Assembly (NCBI GenBank): GCA_964618165.1
Contig: CAZTWW010000002.1
Coordinates: forward strand, 1-57,148
DNA length: 57,148 nt
Direction: 5' to 3'
Source: an uncultured Candidatus Saccharibacteria bacterium
GTDB taxonomy: Bacteria; Patescibacteriota; Minisyncoccia; Phycocordibacterales; UBA918
Shown here: positions 8,980 through 17,639 of the stretch, one piece after another
How the letters are laid out: each line of letters opens with the position of its first letter
Position numbering within the stretch: the first letter of the stretch is position 1
The notes under the pieces: generated by a model
What the model saw: the letters and a program-made list of their open reading frames with translations, nothing else
Database searches by the model: none
Told to the model about the DNA's origin: nothing
Made by a program: the position numbers and the translations under genes

Positions 8980-9078
8980 TTATAAAATCTTTTGTAAAGT
9001 AGGGCAGGACTGATACGTCACCCAAAACTTCATCAAATACTCCTTAAACTGGTTCGGTAAATCACCCCTATAGTCCAC
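8980..9078 (-). CDS. Small ORF (32 aa, GTG start) spanning repeat copy 2: (M)DYRGDLPNQFKEYLMKFWVTYQSCPTLQKIL
   Basis: Hand translation. Paralog of the ORF at 7277-7387, with a divergent but similar tail (TLQKIL versus VLRKLL). Confidence 0.2.
   Translation of the reverse strand: MDYRGDLPNQFKEYLMKFWVTYQSCPTLQKIL
9001..9078. repeat. 78-bp direct repeat, copy 2
   Basis: 76 of 78 positions identical to 7304-7381. Confidence 0.9.
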
Positions 9079-9085
9079 AATCAGC

Positions 9086-9254
9086 CGACCGTAACACGCA
9101 AGTGTTACGGTCGTTGCTGTTGTGAGACCTTAGGGGAATCGAAAGACCATTTTGGGGTCCCCTTTAGGGCCAAAATGGTCGGGGTCGCACGAGTGAGATA
9201 GTTTCAAGCACGAAGTGCGCTGAAAATGTCCACGAGAGTGACCGATTCCCCTAA
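9086..9254. other. Structured element: three perfect 11-12-bp stems, two of them nested
   Basis: Stem 1: 9086-9097 pairs with 9102-9113, closing a GCAA loop. Stem 2: 9130-9141 pairs with 9243-9254. Stem 3: 9145-9155 pairs with 9170-9180. All three stems have no mismatches. Confidence 0.35.
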
Positions 9255-9256
9255 TA

Positions 9257-9288
9257 TTGACACTGCTACATTAATATGACATTAATGT
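9257..9288 (+). promoter_or_regulatory. Candidate promoter (TTGACA-18-ATTAAT) overlapped by an 8-5-8 palindrome ACATTAAT-atgac-ATTAATGT
   Basis: TTGACA at 9257-9262, ATTAAT at 9281-9286. The inverted repeat is 9268-9275 with 9281-9288. It lies upstream of the ORF at 9317. Confidence 0.4.
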
Positions 9289-9316
9289 GCGCAGATGTGA
9301 CCAGAAAGGACTCAAC

Positions 9317-9640
9317 ATGACCGCAGTGGTTATTACTCTCGAAGAGCTCGGTGTTACTCCAACTATTCAAATTGAAGAAGACTCGACACTTTGGTTTGAC
9401 CACAGTGCCGTCATCGCCGCCCTCAAGGCAAATGGCTACGGGCCACTCGTGCACGTCGCTGACCTGTACAATGCTATCTTCAATACAAAGTTTGTCGGAT
9501 ATTGCCCCGACGCGGCATTCTTTATCGAAAAAGAGCCGAAGTGTCCGTTTTTCGAAGTTGAAGAGTTTCACCGCTCTGATGTACTCGAGTATTACGGTGG
9601 CTGGCAACCGAACATTTCTTGGCTACTTGAAAAGCTCTAG
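9317..9640 (+). CDS. Hypothetical protein (107 aa)
   Basis: ATG preceded by AAAGGA. Followed by the terminator at 9663-9694. No recognisable motifs. Confidence 0.5.
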   Translation: MTAVVITLEELGVTPTIQIEEDSTLWFDHSAVIAALKANGYGPLVHVADLYNAIFNTKFVGYCPDAAFFIEKEPKCPFFEVEEFHRSDVLEYYGGWQPNISWLLEKL

Positions 9641-9662
9641 CGAGTGCACAGCTCGCAAAGAA

Positions 9663-9694
9663 GCCCCACGACTTCACACCTCGTGGGGCTTTTT
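9663..9694 (+). terminator. Rho-independent terminator
   Basis: Stem gccccacga/tcgtggggc followed by TTTTT. Confidence 0.7.
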
Positions 9695-9715
9695 CTTTCA
9701 CCTGAACACACAAAG

Positions 9716-9740
9716 AAACCCCGCAGCGGACGCGGGGTTT
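9716..9740 (-). terminator. Terminator for the convergent minus-strand gene
   Basis: Stem aaaccccgc/gcggggttt. The tail on the minus strand is T-rich. Confidence 0.6.
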
Positions 9741-9746
9741 CAGTTC

Positions 9747-10388
9747 TTAACTCAGGCAGAGCTCGGTCTTGGCAGCCTTAAGCGCCTCCTCAAGTTGGGT
9801 AGTGAGTTCATCAGCATTGTCTGCATGGAAGTGCTCACCGCGAGCCGATGGCTGGATGTTCTTCATGACAAAGTTGCTGACTTCAGTCGTCCCAAGCGAA
9901 ATCGTGAAGACGGTCACATCACTAGGTATCTGGCTCCCGAGACCCCAGTTCCGCGGTTCATTGGAGACACCATCGGTGGTGAAGATAAGCACCTTTCGCT
10001 CAGCTGTTGAAGCGGAGAATTGCCGCACCGCTGCCTCAACACCGAGTGAATGATCGGTGGTTTTTAGCATCGCATGCGTTACTGGCCAGAGTGCGTTTGC
10101 GTATGCTATGACCGCTTCTTGATTATTGAGTTGTGCGGTCACCGGTGTAGCTACCGAGCCACCCCAGGCGATGTATCTCACCTCGAGATTGTTGCAGTCA
10201 ACCACGTAGTTGGCGAAGGCGGTGATGAGCGCCTCACGCTGGATTTCAACATGGTTACTATCAAACATGCTTTCACTTTGGTCGGCAGCGATCACGATGA
10301 GCGCTGGTTCTTCTTCTGCATATGCAGTTGTGACAGAGAACATGGTCAACACTGTGGTAACGAGTATGAAGATGTTGGTATACATCAT
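9747..10388 (-). CDS. Secreted vWA-like protein (DUF1194-like)
   Basis: Signal-like N-terminus 'MMYTNIFILVTTVLTMFSVTTAYA'. 'VIAADQSESM', 'IQREAL', 'VRYIAWGG' and 'LIFTTDGVSN' resemble the DUF1194/vWA layout. GGAGA lies upstream of the ATG at 10388. Confidence 0.55.
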   Translation of the reverse strand: MMYTNIFILVTTVLTMFSVTTAYAEEEPALIVIAADQSESMFDSNHVEIQREALITAFANYVVDCNNLEVRYIAWGGSVATPVTAQLNNQEAVIAYANALWPVTHAMLKTTDHSLGVEAAVRQFSASTAERKVLIFTTDGVSNEPRNWGLGSQIPSDVTVFTISLGTTEVSNFVMKNIQPSARGEHFHADNADELTTQLEEALKAAKTELCLS

Positions 10389-10479
10389 TGTCTCCGATAC
10401 TAGTGTGAACCTCCCACTTATCAGAGTATGCCTCGGTCTCTCTACTGTAAAGTATTGGTCTGGTACTAAGTGACAATCC

Positions 10480-11175
10480 TTATGAAAGGATACTCTGTAA
10501 CTTCTGATACGTATCAAGATGATCTTCGACGAGTACGGTATCAATCACACCAATCACGAACTCATCGTTGCCGCCTGGATAGAGGCCGTCTCCGTAGTAG
10601 ACACACTCATCTTTATTCCAACCAGCAAACTCAATAAGCTTCGCAACATTCGTGCCCTTATGCCGGTCTTTGTGGATGTAATCAAGTGAGGTAGAGCCAC
10701 CAATACAGACAAGCAAGTCTTCACTTGCAAATGGAATGGTCTTCAGGAAGTGTTCACGCTTCTTACGGTCTGGGTCGTAGGTACTCTTTACATCGACGGG
10801 TGCCGTGTTACCGATCGGACTAAAGGTAATCTGAGCGCCACGGTCTTCTATCGGGTTCCAGTCGTGATTGACCTCATGGTCAAGAATCGCCATGACTTCA
10901 TTGATATGGTCAAGAATCTCATCACGATGATGCGGCTCAAGCGGTGTATTCCAGAGCTCAACCCCGTCTTGATCAAAGGCATGGTTACCATTTTGTCCGA
11001 GATAAAAGGCGCGAAGATTGTTGCTTTGCCAGGCAATTTTCTCTGCTGTCTGACCAGAGACAATGACAATATCGACACCAGCATTCGTGAGTAAATCAAA
11101 CATTTCAGGAAGTATTGGCTGCCGTGAAGGAGCAATCGTCTTATCCATATCAAAGAAGAAATGTTTGTATCGCAT
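10480..11175 (-). CDS. HAD-superfamily hydrolase (IIB, phosphomannomutase/Cof-like)
   Basis: DxDxT motif 'FFFDMDKTIA', 'IVSGQ', C-terminal 'YYGDGLYPGGNDEF'. Confidence 0.75.
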   Translation of the reverse strand: MRYKHFFFDMDKTIAPSRQPILPEMFDLLTNAGVDIVIVSGQTAEKIAWQSNNLRAFYLGQNGNHAFDQDGVELWNTPLEPHHRDEILDHINEVMAILDHEVNHDWNPIEDRGAQITFSPIGNTAPVDVKSTYDPDRKKREHFLKTIPFASEDLLVCIGGSTSLDYIHKDRHKGTNVAKLIEFAGWNKDECVYYGDGLYPGGNDEFVIGVIDTVLVEDHLDTYQKLQSILS

Positions 11176-11244
11176 AGGTCATAAGTATACCAGCGAGTTG
11201 ACGCTTCGGTAAGGAGGCGAGCGGTAAGGCGTCTGCTATAGTAT

Positions 11245-12012
11245 ATGTCTATGCAAATTTCACAAAAGCGGCTTATTGCGATTATTGCTATTCTTATCGT
11301 CGCTATCGGAAGTACGACTACCTGGTACATGACTCGCCCTGAACCTGAGCGCGTCGTACCAGACGAGGCAATTGATGTTACCCTCGATTTTTATAACAGC
11401 TGGCTGGCTATCCGCAAGGATACGGCAAAAGACAAGGTGCAGGGTCTCAATGAGATAGGAAATAATGTGAACGAGGCACTAAAAAATGAACTCTCGGGTA
11501 AAGTAGCAACATTGCAGAACGATTCAGTTGACCCAATCCTCTGTATCAATTATGTTCCAGAGAAGGTTGGAGCGAAAATTGTCTACGAAGCTACCACCAC
11601 TGCTGAAATCATGATTATCCCTCGTGGTGTCGAGACCCCACTCGCGTCTCCAGCTATCGTCTCACTGAGTAAAGAAGGTGAGTTCTGGAAGATTATTGCT
11701 ATCAACTGCTCGAGTGGGGAAGTAGCACCAGAGCGTGAGTATAGCTTTATGATGAGTGGGCGCCTCCTCAAAAATGTACCTCCACCCTTGAATCCTGAGT
11801 TTTGGCACCTCGTGTACGAACAAGACGGCACTGGTGGCTACACCGCTCCACTCCTGTTTGCAAGCACCAGTCTCTGTAGCTTCAATAACGAGGAAGCAAC
11901 ACCGTGCGATACCGCTCGTCTCTACGAGACCGCCTCAGTCCGTATTGAGGGTAACATGACGGAGGCCGGTGTCGACGTGGTTCGCCTGACTGAAATCATC
12001 CCCGGAGAATAA
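11245..12012 (+). CDS. Hypothetical N-terminally anchored protein
   Basis: One N-terminal TM helix. The second ATG at 11251 lies 8 nt after TATAGT and may be the true, leaderless start. Confidence 0.5.
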   Translation: MSMQISQKRLIAIIAILIVAIGSTTTWYMTRPEPERVVPDEAIDVTLDFYNSWLAIRKDTAKDKVQGLNEIGNNVNEALKNELSGKVATLQNDSVDPILCINYVPEKVGAKIVYEATTTAEIMIIPRGVETPLASPAIVSLSKEGEFWKIIAINCSSGEVAPEREYSFMMSGRLLKNVPPPLNPEFWHLVYEQDGTGGYTAPLLFASTSLCSFNNEEATPCDTARLYETASVRIEGNMTEAGVDVVRLTEIIPGE

Positions 12013-12078
12013 GTAACGGAAGCGGAATGCACAGCACAGACGCCATCTGCGTCGGTGTTTTGCTACTATAGAGGGTAT

Positions 12079-12633
12079 ATGGAAATAATTATGGTGCTTG
12101 TCGCACTCATTGCCAGTATGGCAACATCACTTGGTGTCGGTAGCTCGACTCTTGCTATTATCAACTTTTTTGTCGCTATCGCCGACGGCAAAATCGATGA
12201 GACGGAACGACGGATGATGGGGAATGTCTATATTGTCCTCCGTGTCGCGATGGTTATCTTGTTTTTTACCCTGACCCTGAAGACCGGTTTTGATGCCTAT
12301 CACCTTGGCGCAGATGCATTCACTCCAGCACTTTTTGCAAGCTGGACCGTCCTTGGTGTCCTGTACCTCAACGCTATCCTCATGACCCTCCGCATCATGC
12401 CGAGCACCTTTGGCCCAGGGATTCAGGCCGGGAGCTGGTACACACTTGGTGGCCTCACCGCACTCCTTAGTATCGGTATTAGTGCCTCATCATACCTCAT
12501 CTTTGTAATGGCCTATGTCACGTTCATTACCTTCGCCGTCTCACTGGTTAATGGCATCATGGCTATCCTCAAGGCCAAGAAGGAGGCTCGTGAGCGCGCG
12601 CTCGAGATCAGTAGTGGTGGCACGATTGCCTAG
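12079..12633 (+). CDS. Hypothetical multi-pass membrane protein
   Basis: Hydrophobic throughout. Start uncertain: GTG 12055, ATG 12079 or ATG 12091. Confidence 0.5.
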   Translation: MEIIMVLVALIASMATSLGVGSSTLAIINFFVAIADGKIDETERRMMGNVYIVLRVAMVILFFTLTLKTGFDAYHLGADAFTPALFASWTVLGVLYLNAILMTLRIMPSTFGPGIQAGSWYTLGGLTALLSIGISASSYLIFVMAYVTFITFAVSLVNGIMAILKAKKEARERALEISSGGTIA

Positions 12634-12648
12634 AACGGTCACTCTTAA

Positions 12649-12678
12649 AAAAGCGCTCCCCATGAGGGGAGCGCTTTT
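12649..12678. terminator. Bidirectional terminator between convergent genes
   Basis: 13-bp stem aaaagcgctcccc/ggggagcgctttt with loop atga. Confidence 0.7.
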
Positions 12679-12689
12679 AATTTCGTATA

Positions 12690-15600
12690 CTACCGGTGTC
12701 CGAGTCCACCTGGCTTTCGGTTATAGACGATTGGAATCAGTACCAAGGTAATAATCACTGAGAAAGTAAGGCCAAACATCACTGCATACGCAAGTGGTGC
12801 CCAAATGTCTCCCGCAAAGATAAGTGGGATCATACCAATCACGGTCGTGAGGGTCGTGAGAAGAATCGGTCGAAGCCGACTGACTGATGCATCAATCACA
12901 ACATCGCGAATAGACTTCACAGGATAGCGACGACGGTCCGCATTCATCATATCAATGAGGAGAATGGAGTTATTCACCACAATACCAGAGAGTGCGATGA
13001 AGCCCATGATAGATGGGAACGACACTGGATTAGAAGTGATGGCAAGTCCGAAGAAGATACCGATAAGCGAATACGGGAGGATAGAGAGCACGTAGCGTGT
13101 GTGCAGGTATGAACCAAACTCGTACACAAGAATCGCAATCATACCCACCACACCGACTACGAGGGCAAGGAGCATCTCACTAAAGGCCTGATTTGACTCT
13201 TCAGTCTCACCGCCACCAGTACTTAAAGTGACGCCTTCAGGAAGCTTGAGATCGCTCGCAATTTTCTCAAGTACCTGTGTCTGAATTTCACGGGCATTTC
13301 CTTCAGCTGTAACGTCTGCTGTCACCGATACCACCCGACGACTATCTTCGTGATTTATGACAGTACTTGATTCACGGAGTGAAATTGAGGCAATTGATGA
13401 GAGTGGAACACTACCAGATTGTGTCGGAATCTCAAGGCGACCAAGCGCATCGATAGTTGTCTCATTGTTGCTCCCAGTATCAGCATCTACATCAGGAGAG
13501 AGATTGAGCTTTACGACCACCGGAATATCTTCCTCGAGAGTAGTCAAAGACGTAGCCTCACTCCCAAACACAGCCGTACGCGCGAGGAGTGATACTGTGA
13601 ATGGATCAAGACCAAGCGATGCCGCCTTTACTCGGTCGAGTTCGAGGACAAACTCAGTGTTGTTATTATTGGTGCTAGTCTCAACGTTCGTGGTATTTGG
13701 AATAGACTTGATTAGTTCAGCGGTTTTATTAGCAGTCTCGGTCAGTGCGATAAGATCGTCGCCGAGGTACTTAATGGTAATGGCAGCACCGGTAGGTGGA
13801 CCATCACTTGGCTGATCGACGGTCACCTTCACATTACGAATAAACGCGAGTGAGGCACGAAGCTCTTCAACCATCTCGGTACTCGTCTTGTCGCGGTCTT
13901 CGCTGAGCGTAATGAAGATATTGGCGTATTTTTCGCCACTGCCACCGCCGGTGAACTGACTGCCGCTACCGACAGTAACGACATACGAGTCAATGTTCTC
14001 AGTCTTGTAGAGCACCTCTTCGACACGACGTACCGCAATATCAGTCACTTCTTTTTGGGTACCCTCTGGTTGCTCGACCTCAACAATCACATAGTCAACG
14101 TCACCCTGTTCGAAGAAGACGACTTGTACGGGGGTGTAGCGAGGGATAAAAGCCGTAACAAGAACCACCACCGCCAGCACAACAGTCTTGGCAAAGACTC
14201 CAATAAGACGAAATACAACATCAGATACATTAATACGTGAACGAAGCGACCGGTAGAACAGCGACACAAAGTAGTAGACGATACCGACAGCTATGGCCGT
14301 CCATAGACTGTAGACAAGTGCTAGGGAAGCAAGCAAGAGTGCTGAAATGAGGAAGAGGAATTTATCCTCCTTCTCAGCATGACCAACAATCGCAGCTAAC
14401 TTTGCCTTGTACCACATCTCGAGCTGATGGGCGTATCGTACCTGTTTCTCTTCAAATGCACTCGTATTGCGACGACGGAGGAAGTGCGCCGCAAAGAGTG
14501 GCACAATCATCAACGACACAAAGAGTGACGCGATGAGAATGAAGATGAGCGTAAATGGAATACTCGCAATAAACTGTCCAATCACGCCCGATACAATAAA
14601 GAGTCCAGCGAACATCGCCACGGTCGTGAGTGTCCCTGAGATAAGTGGTGCGGCGAACTCACGAATCGTTTCAATCGCAGCCTCATCCTTATCAATATCA
14701 GGATTTGCTTTCATCTTGGCGTTAATGCCCTCAACCATCACAATCGCCGAGTCAACGAGAATACCAACACCCAGAATGAGCGCAAAGAGTGAGAGGAAGT
14801 TAATGGTGTTACCAGAATAGTAGAGTCCAATAAACCCAAGGAGGAACGAAAGTGGAATCGCCGCACCAGCAATCAGACTCTCACGCCAACCAATGGTGAG
14901 CGCAAGGAGTCCAACCACAAGGAGCACCGTCTGAATACCTGATGAGGTGAGGTTAAAGAGATCGGTCTTAATCTGCTCGCCAGAATCAAGCACAACATCA
15001 TACGAGAGTCCGTAGAGGAGATTGCCTTCTTTACTCAGCTCAACGAGGCGGGCATTCACCGCATCGGTGATATCGGTGATATCTCCACCACGTTGCTTAT
15101 AGATATCGAGTGAAATCGAGTCAGCTGAAGGTTGACCGTCAACGCTGATACGACTCATACGTGATGAAGCAGCAAGCCCATCCCGAACAGTCGCTATATC
15201 ACGAATAAAGACTGGTTGGCCACCGACAAGTCCAACCGGGATATTTGCCACTTCACTTGAGTCTTCGACATCTCCCTCAAAGGCAACGTTATACGTGACG
15301 CCATTATTCGTAATCTGACCGATTGGTAGTGTGCGATTGGCGTTACCAAGCGCCTGAGTTATAGCATTGAGTGTCAAGCCATACTGCTGAAGCGCGGCCT
15401 GATTGACGATAATTGCGATTTCTCGTTCTTCAACACCAGACACTTCAACACGAGAAATACCTGAAAGACTTTCAAGATCCTTTTCGAGGTCATTTGAAAG
15501 GTTGCGGAATTCAATCGGCAGGAGGTCACCAGCCACTGCCACGGTCATGATTGGTTGATCGACAAAGTTCACCTCTGATACAAACGGATCTTCAGCTGTG

Positions 15601-15956
15601 TCGGGAAGCTCGCGTGCAATGGTATCAATTTCATCTTTAAGATCCTGAATAGAGGCATCGATATCAGCACTCGCTTCAAACTCAACCGTCACGACGGACA
15701 CCCCTTCACGTGAGACTGAAGTGATCTGTTTTACATTCTCAAGGGAAACTAAACCTCGTTCAATTTCATTGGTTACGAGCGACTCCACATCAGCGGCAGG
15801 AGCGCCGGGCAGAATCGTTTGTACAATACCGACTGGAATCACCACTTCAGGTGAAGACTCACGAGGAATAGCGAGGAGTGAGTAAACGCCCAATCCAGTG
15901 ATAGCGAGGATAAAGAGATATCCAAAGCGTGTATTACGAACAAAAAATTCGAACAT
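12690..15956 (-). CDS. RND-family efflux transporter (AcrB/AcrD/AcrF-like)
   Basis: 1088 aa with the typical 12-TM, two-large-loop layout. N-terminal 'FFVRNTRFGYLFILAITGLGVYSL' and 'LTTVIGMIPL' type motifs. Confidence 0.9.
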   Translation of the reverse strand: MFEFFVRNTRFGYLFILAITGLGVYSLLAIPRESSPEVVIPVGIVQTILPGAPAADVESLVTNEIERGLVSLENVKQITSVSREGVSVVTVEFEASADIDASIQDLKDEIDTIARELPDTAEDPFVSEVNFVDQPIMTVAVAGDLLPIEFRNLSNDLEKDLESLSGISRVEVSGVEEREIAIIVNQAALQQYGLTLNAITQALGNANRTLPIGQITNNGVTYNVAFEGDVEDSSEVANIPVGLVGGQPVFIRDIATVRDGLAASSRMSRISVDGQPSADSISLDIYKQRGGDITDITDAVNARLVELSKEGNLLYGLSYDVVLDSGEQIKTDLFNLTSSGIQTVLLVVGLLALTIGWRESLIAGAAIPLSFLLGFIGLYYSGNTINFLSLFALILGVGILVDSAIVMVEGINAKMKANPDIDKDEAAIETIREFAAPLISGTLTTVAMFAGLFIVSGVIGQFIASIPFTLIFILIASLFVSLMIVPLFAAHFLRRRNTSAFEEKQVRYAHQLEMWYKAKLAAIVGHAEKEDKFLFLISALLLASLALVYSLWTAIAVGIVYYFVSLFYRSLRSRINVSDVVFRLIGVFAKTVVLAVVVLVTAFIPRYTPVQVVFFEQGDVDYVIVEVEQPEGTQKEVTDIAVRRVEEVLYKTENIDSYVVTVGSGSQFTGGGSGEKYANIFITLSEDRDKTSTEMVEELRASLAFIRNVKVTVDQPSDGPPTGAAITIKYLGDDLIALTETANKTAELIKSIPNTTNVETSTNNNNTEFVLELDRVKAASLGLDPFTVSLLARTAVFGSEATSLTTLEEDIPVVVKLNLSPDVDADTGSNNETTIDALGRLEIPTQSGSVPLSSIASISLRESSTVINHEDSRRVVSVTADVTAEGNAREIQTQVLEKIASDLKLPEGVTLSTGGGETEESNQAFSEMLLALVVGVVGMIAILVYEFGSYLHTRYVLSILPYSLIGIFFGLAITSNPVSFPSIMGFIALSGIVVNNSILLIDMMNADRRRYPVKSIRDVVIDASVSRLRPILLTTLTTVIGMIPLIFAGDIWAPLAYAVMFGLTFSVIITLVLIPIVYNRKPGGLGHR

Positions 15957-15958
15957 AC

Positions 15959-17530
15959 TTAATCGCGGATTACCTCCACTACCTCACCATCGGTTTTGCC
16001 ACGAGCGTCAATCACGAACTCGGTAGTTGCATCAATACCAGACAGAATAGTTACAAGTGAACCACTAATTGGCCCAACTTCTACTGGACGTGCCTTAAGC
16101 TTATTGTCCTCTACCACAAAGACGACACCATCAGTATCGGTAAACTTTACCGCTGTGATAGGAATCTGGAGACGGGTAGCGCTCGCAGTGCTGGTAGCAC
16201 TCGATGGTGCGAGCGAGACAGACACCGTATCACCATTGACGAGTGAGGCGTCGCTGGTTGCAATCTTGACCTCAGACTTACGGGTAACCGGGTCAATCGC
16301 TGGTTCAATCGTGACGATGGTGCCAGTGGCAGTATTGTTAATAGAAACGGTCTCACCAACTACAAATTGGTCGCGATCAAATTCACCGATGAAAACCGAT
16401 ACCTCGAGACCCTTTCCACCCGCCACCCGAGCGACAGGAGTCTGTGGACTAAGGAAATCTCCACTCTTAATACGAAGTACCTCAACCGTTCCAGAGATTG
16501 GTGATCGGAAGATGGTCTTCTCAAGATTGGCCTGTGCTGCACGGAGTGCACCGAGGGCTTGGGTAATCTGTGCATTTGAAGCCGATGGGCCACTATTAGC
16601 ACTGTTTATTTCTGCACGAGAGAGCGCATCACGAGCTGCAGAGAGAGTAGCGGCATCATTTTGGAGTGACGCTTGTACCCCAAGGAGACTCGAGCGGACA
16701 CCGGTGAGCTTGGCAATATCAGCCTTACGAGCAGCATCAGCGGAAGCATCACCTGAAGTATTACGTGAGAGCGCACCAATCAGAAGATCAACGAGTGCTA
16801 TAGTCTCACTCGTGTACTGACGAGCATTGGTAATTGCCGCATCAAGGTTGCTGGTTGGGGTGAGGATACTACTCTCAGCTTGCCAACGAGACAATGAAGC
16901 ATTGAGTGCTACGCGACCATTATTAAGTCGCTCGGTATCACCCTGACCATTGATTCGGAGACCAGGAACCGGTGATTGTGGGTTAGCAAAATAGGCATCG
17001 ATATCGGTCTTTACGATACCAAGTACAGAATTGTATGCTCCGGCGATATTTGTCACCGTTGTAGCCTTGGTGCGCTCAAGTGCAGTTGTCGCCTCACTGA
17101 CACCCACCTGACTCTGACGTCCTGAAGCGAGTGCTGCTTCATACGCTCCCTGCGCTTGCAGCACAGCTGCTTGCTCAGACGCATTCTCTAGAGTACCGAT
17201 GATAGTCCCCGCAGTGACGGTAGCTCCAGGAGCGACCCGAACACTCGTTACGCGTCCACCACGCTCACTCTGGATATCGGCCTCACTGACCGAACGAACC
17301 GTACCGACGTACGTTGCACTATCAGCACCTTCAAGATTAGCAATTGTCGCGACGCGAACAGTTGGTGGCAGCTCTGTAGTCACCGACTCACTCTCGTTAC
17401 CACCACGAAGGAGGGCGATAACTACACCAATAATAGCCACGACACCAATCGTGAAGGCTACCTTTTTCGGTGTCCAGGATGAACCTGCAAGACCACGCAC
17501 CTTACCACCGACATTCTGTACAATATTCAT
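15959..17530 (-). CDS. Efflux periplasmic adaptor (HlyD/MFP family)
   Basis: N-terminal TM, long Ala-rich coiled-coil hairpin region, beta-barrel C-terminus. 2-nt gap to the RND gene. Confidence 0.8.
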   Translation of the reverse strand: MNIVQNVGGKVRGLAGSSWTPKKVAFTIGVVAIIGVVIALLRGGNESESVTTELPPTVRVATIANLEGADSATYVGTVRSVSEADIQSERGGRVTSVRVAPGATVTAGTIIGTLENASEQAAVLQAQGAYEAALASGRQSQVGVSEATTALERTKATTVTNIAGAYNSVLGIVKTDIDAYFANPQSPVPGLRINGQGDTERLNNGRVALNASLSRWQAESSILTPTSNLDAAITNARQYTSETIALVDLLIGALSRNTSGDASADAARKADIAKLTGVRSSLLGVQASLQNDAATLSAARDALSRAEINSANSGPSASNAQITQALGALRAAQANLEKTIFRSPISGTVEVLRIKSGDFLSPQTPVARVAGGKGLEVSVFIGEFDRDQFVVGETVSINNTATGTIVTIEPAIDPVTRKSEVKIATSDASLVNGDTVSVSLAPSSATSTASATRLQIPITAVKFTDTDGVVFVVEDNKLKARPVEVGPISGSLVTILSGIDATTEFVIDARGKTDGEVVEVIRD

Positions 17531-17639
17531 AACACTCGTGAATTAATTAATTGGGCTATATAATACCACTAAATATGCCCATTGTCTATATATTTGAGCT
17601 TCCGCCTTTTTACTTAGTGTGTGGTAGTATAACCGTGTT

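Noticed and set aside
9181-9254. TPP-riboswitch-like fragments ('ggggtcgc...tgaga...gctgaaaatg').
   Set aside because: Only short partial matches. The ACCC and CCUGAUCUGGAUAAUGCCAGCG cores are absent, and no thiamine-related gene lies downstream.
9351-10010. A 219-aa plus-strand ORF.
   Set aside because: It runs through two terminator hairpins and into the convergent vWA-like gene on the opposite strand, and it is out of frame with the better-supported ORF at 9317-9640.
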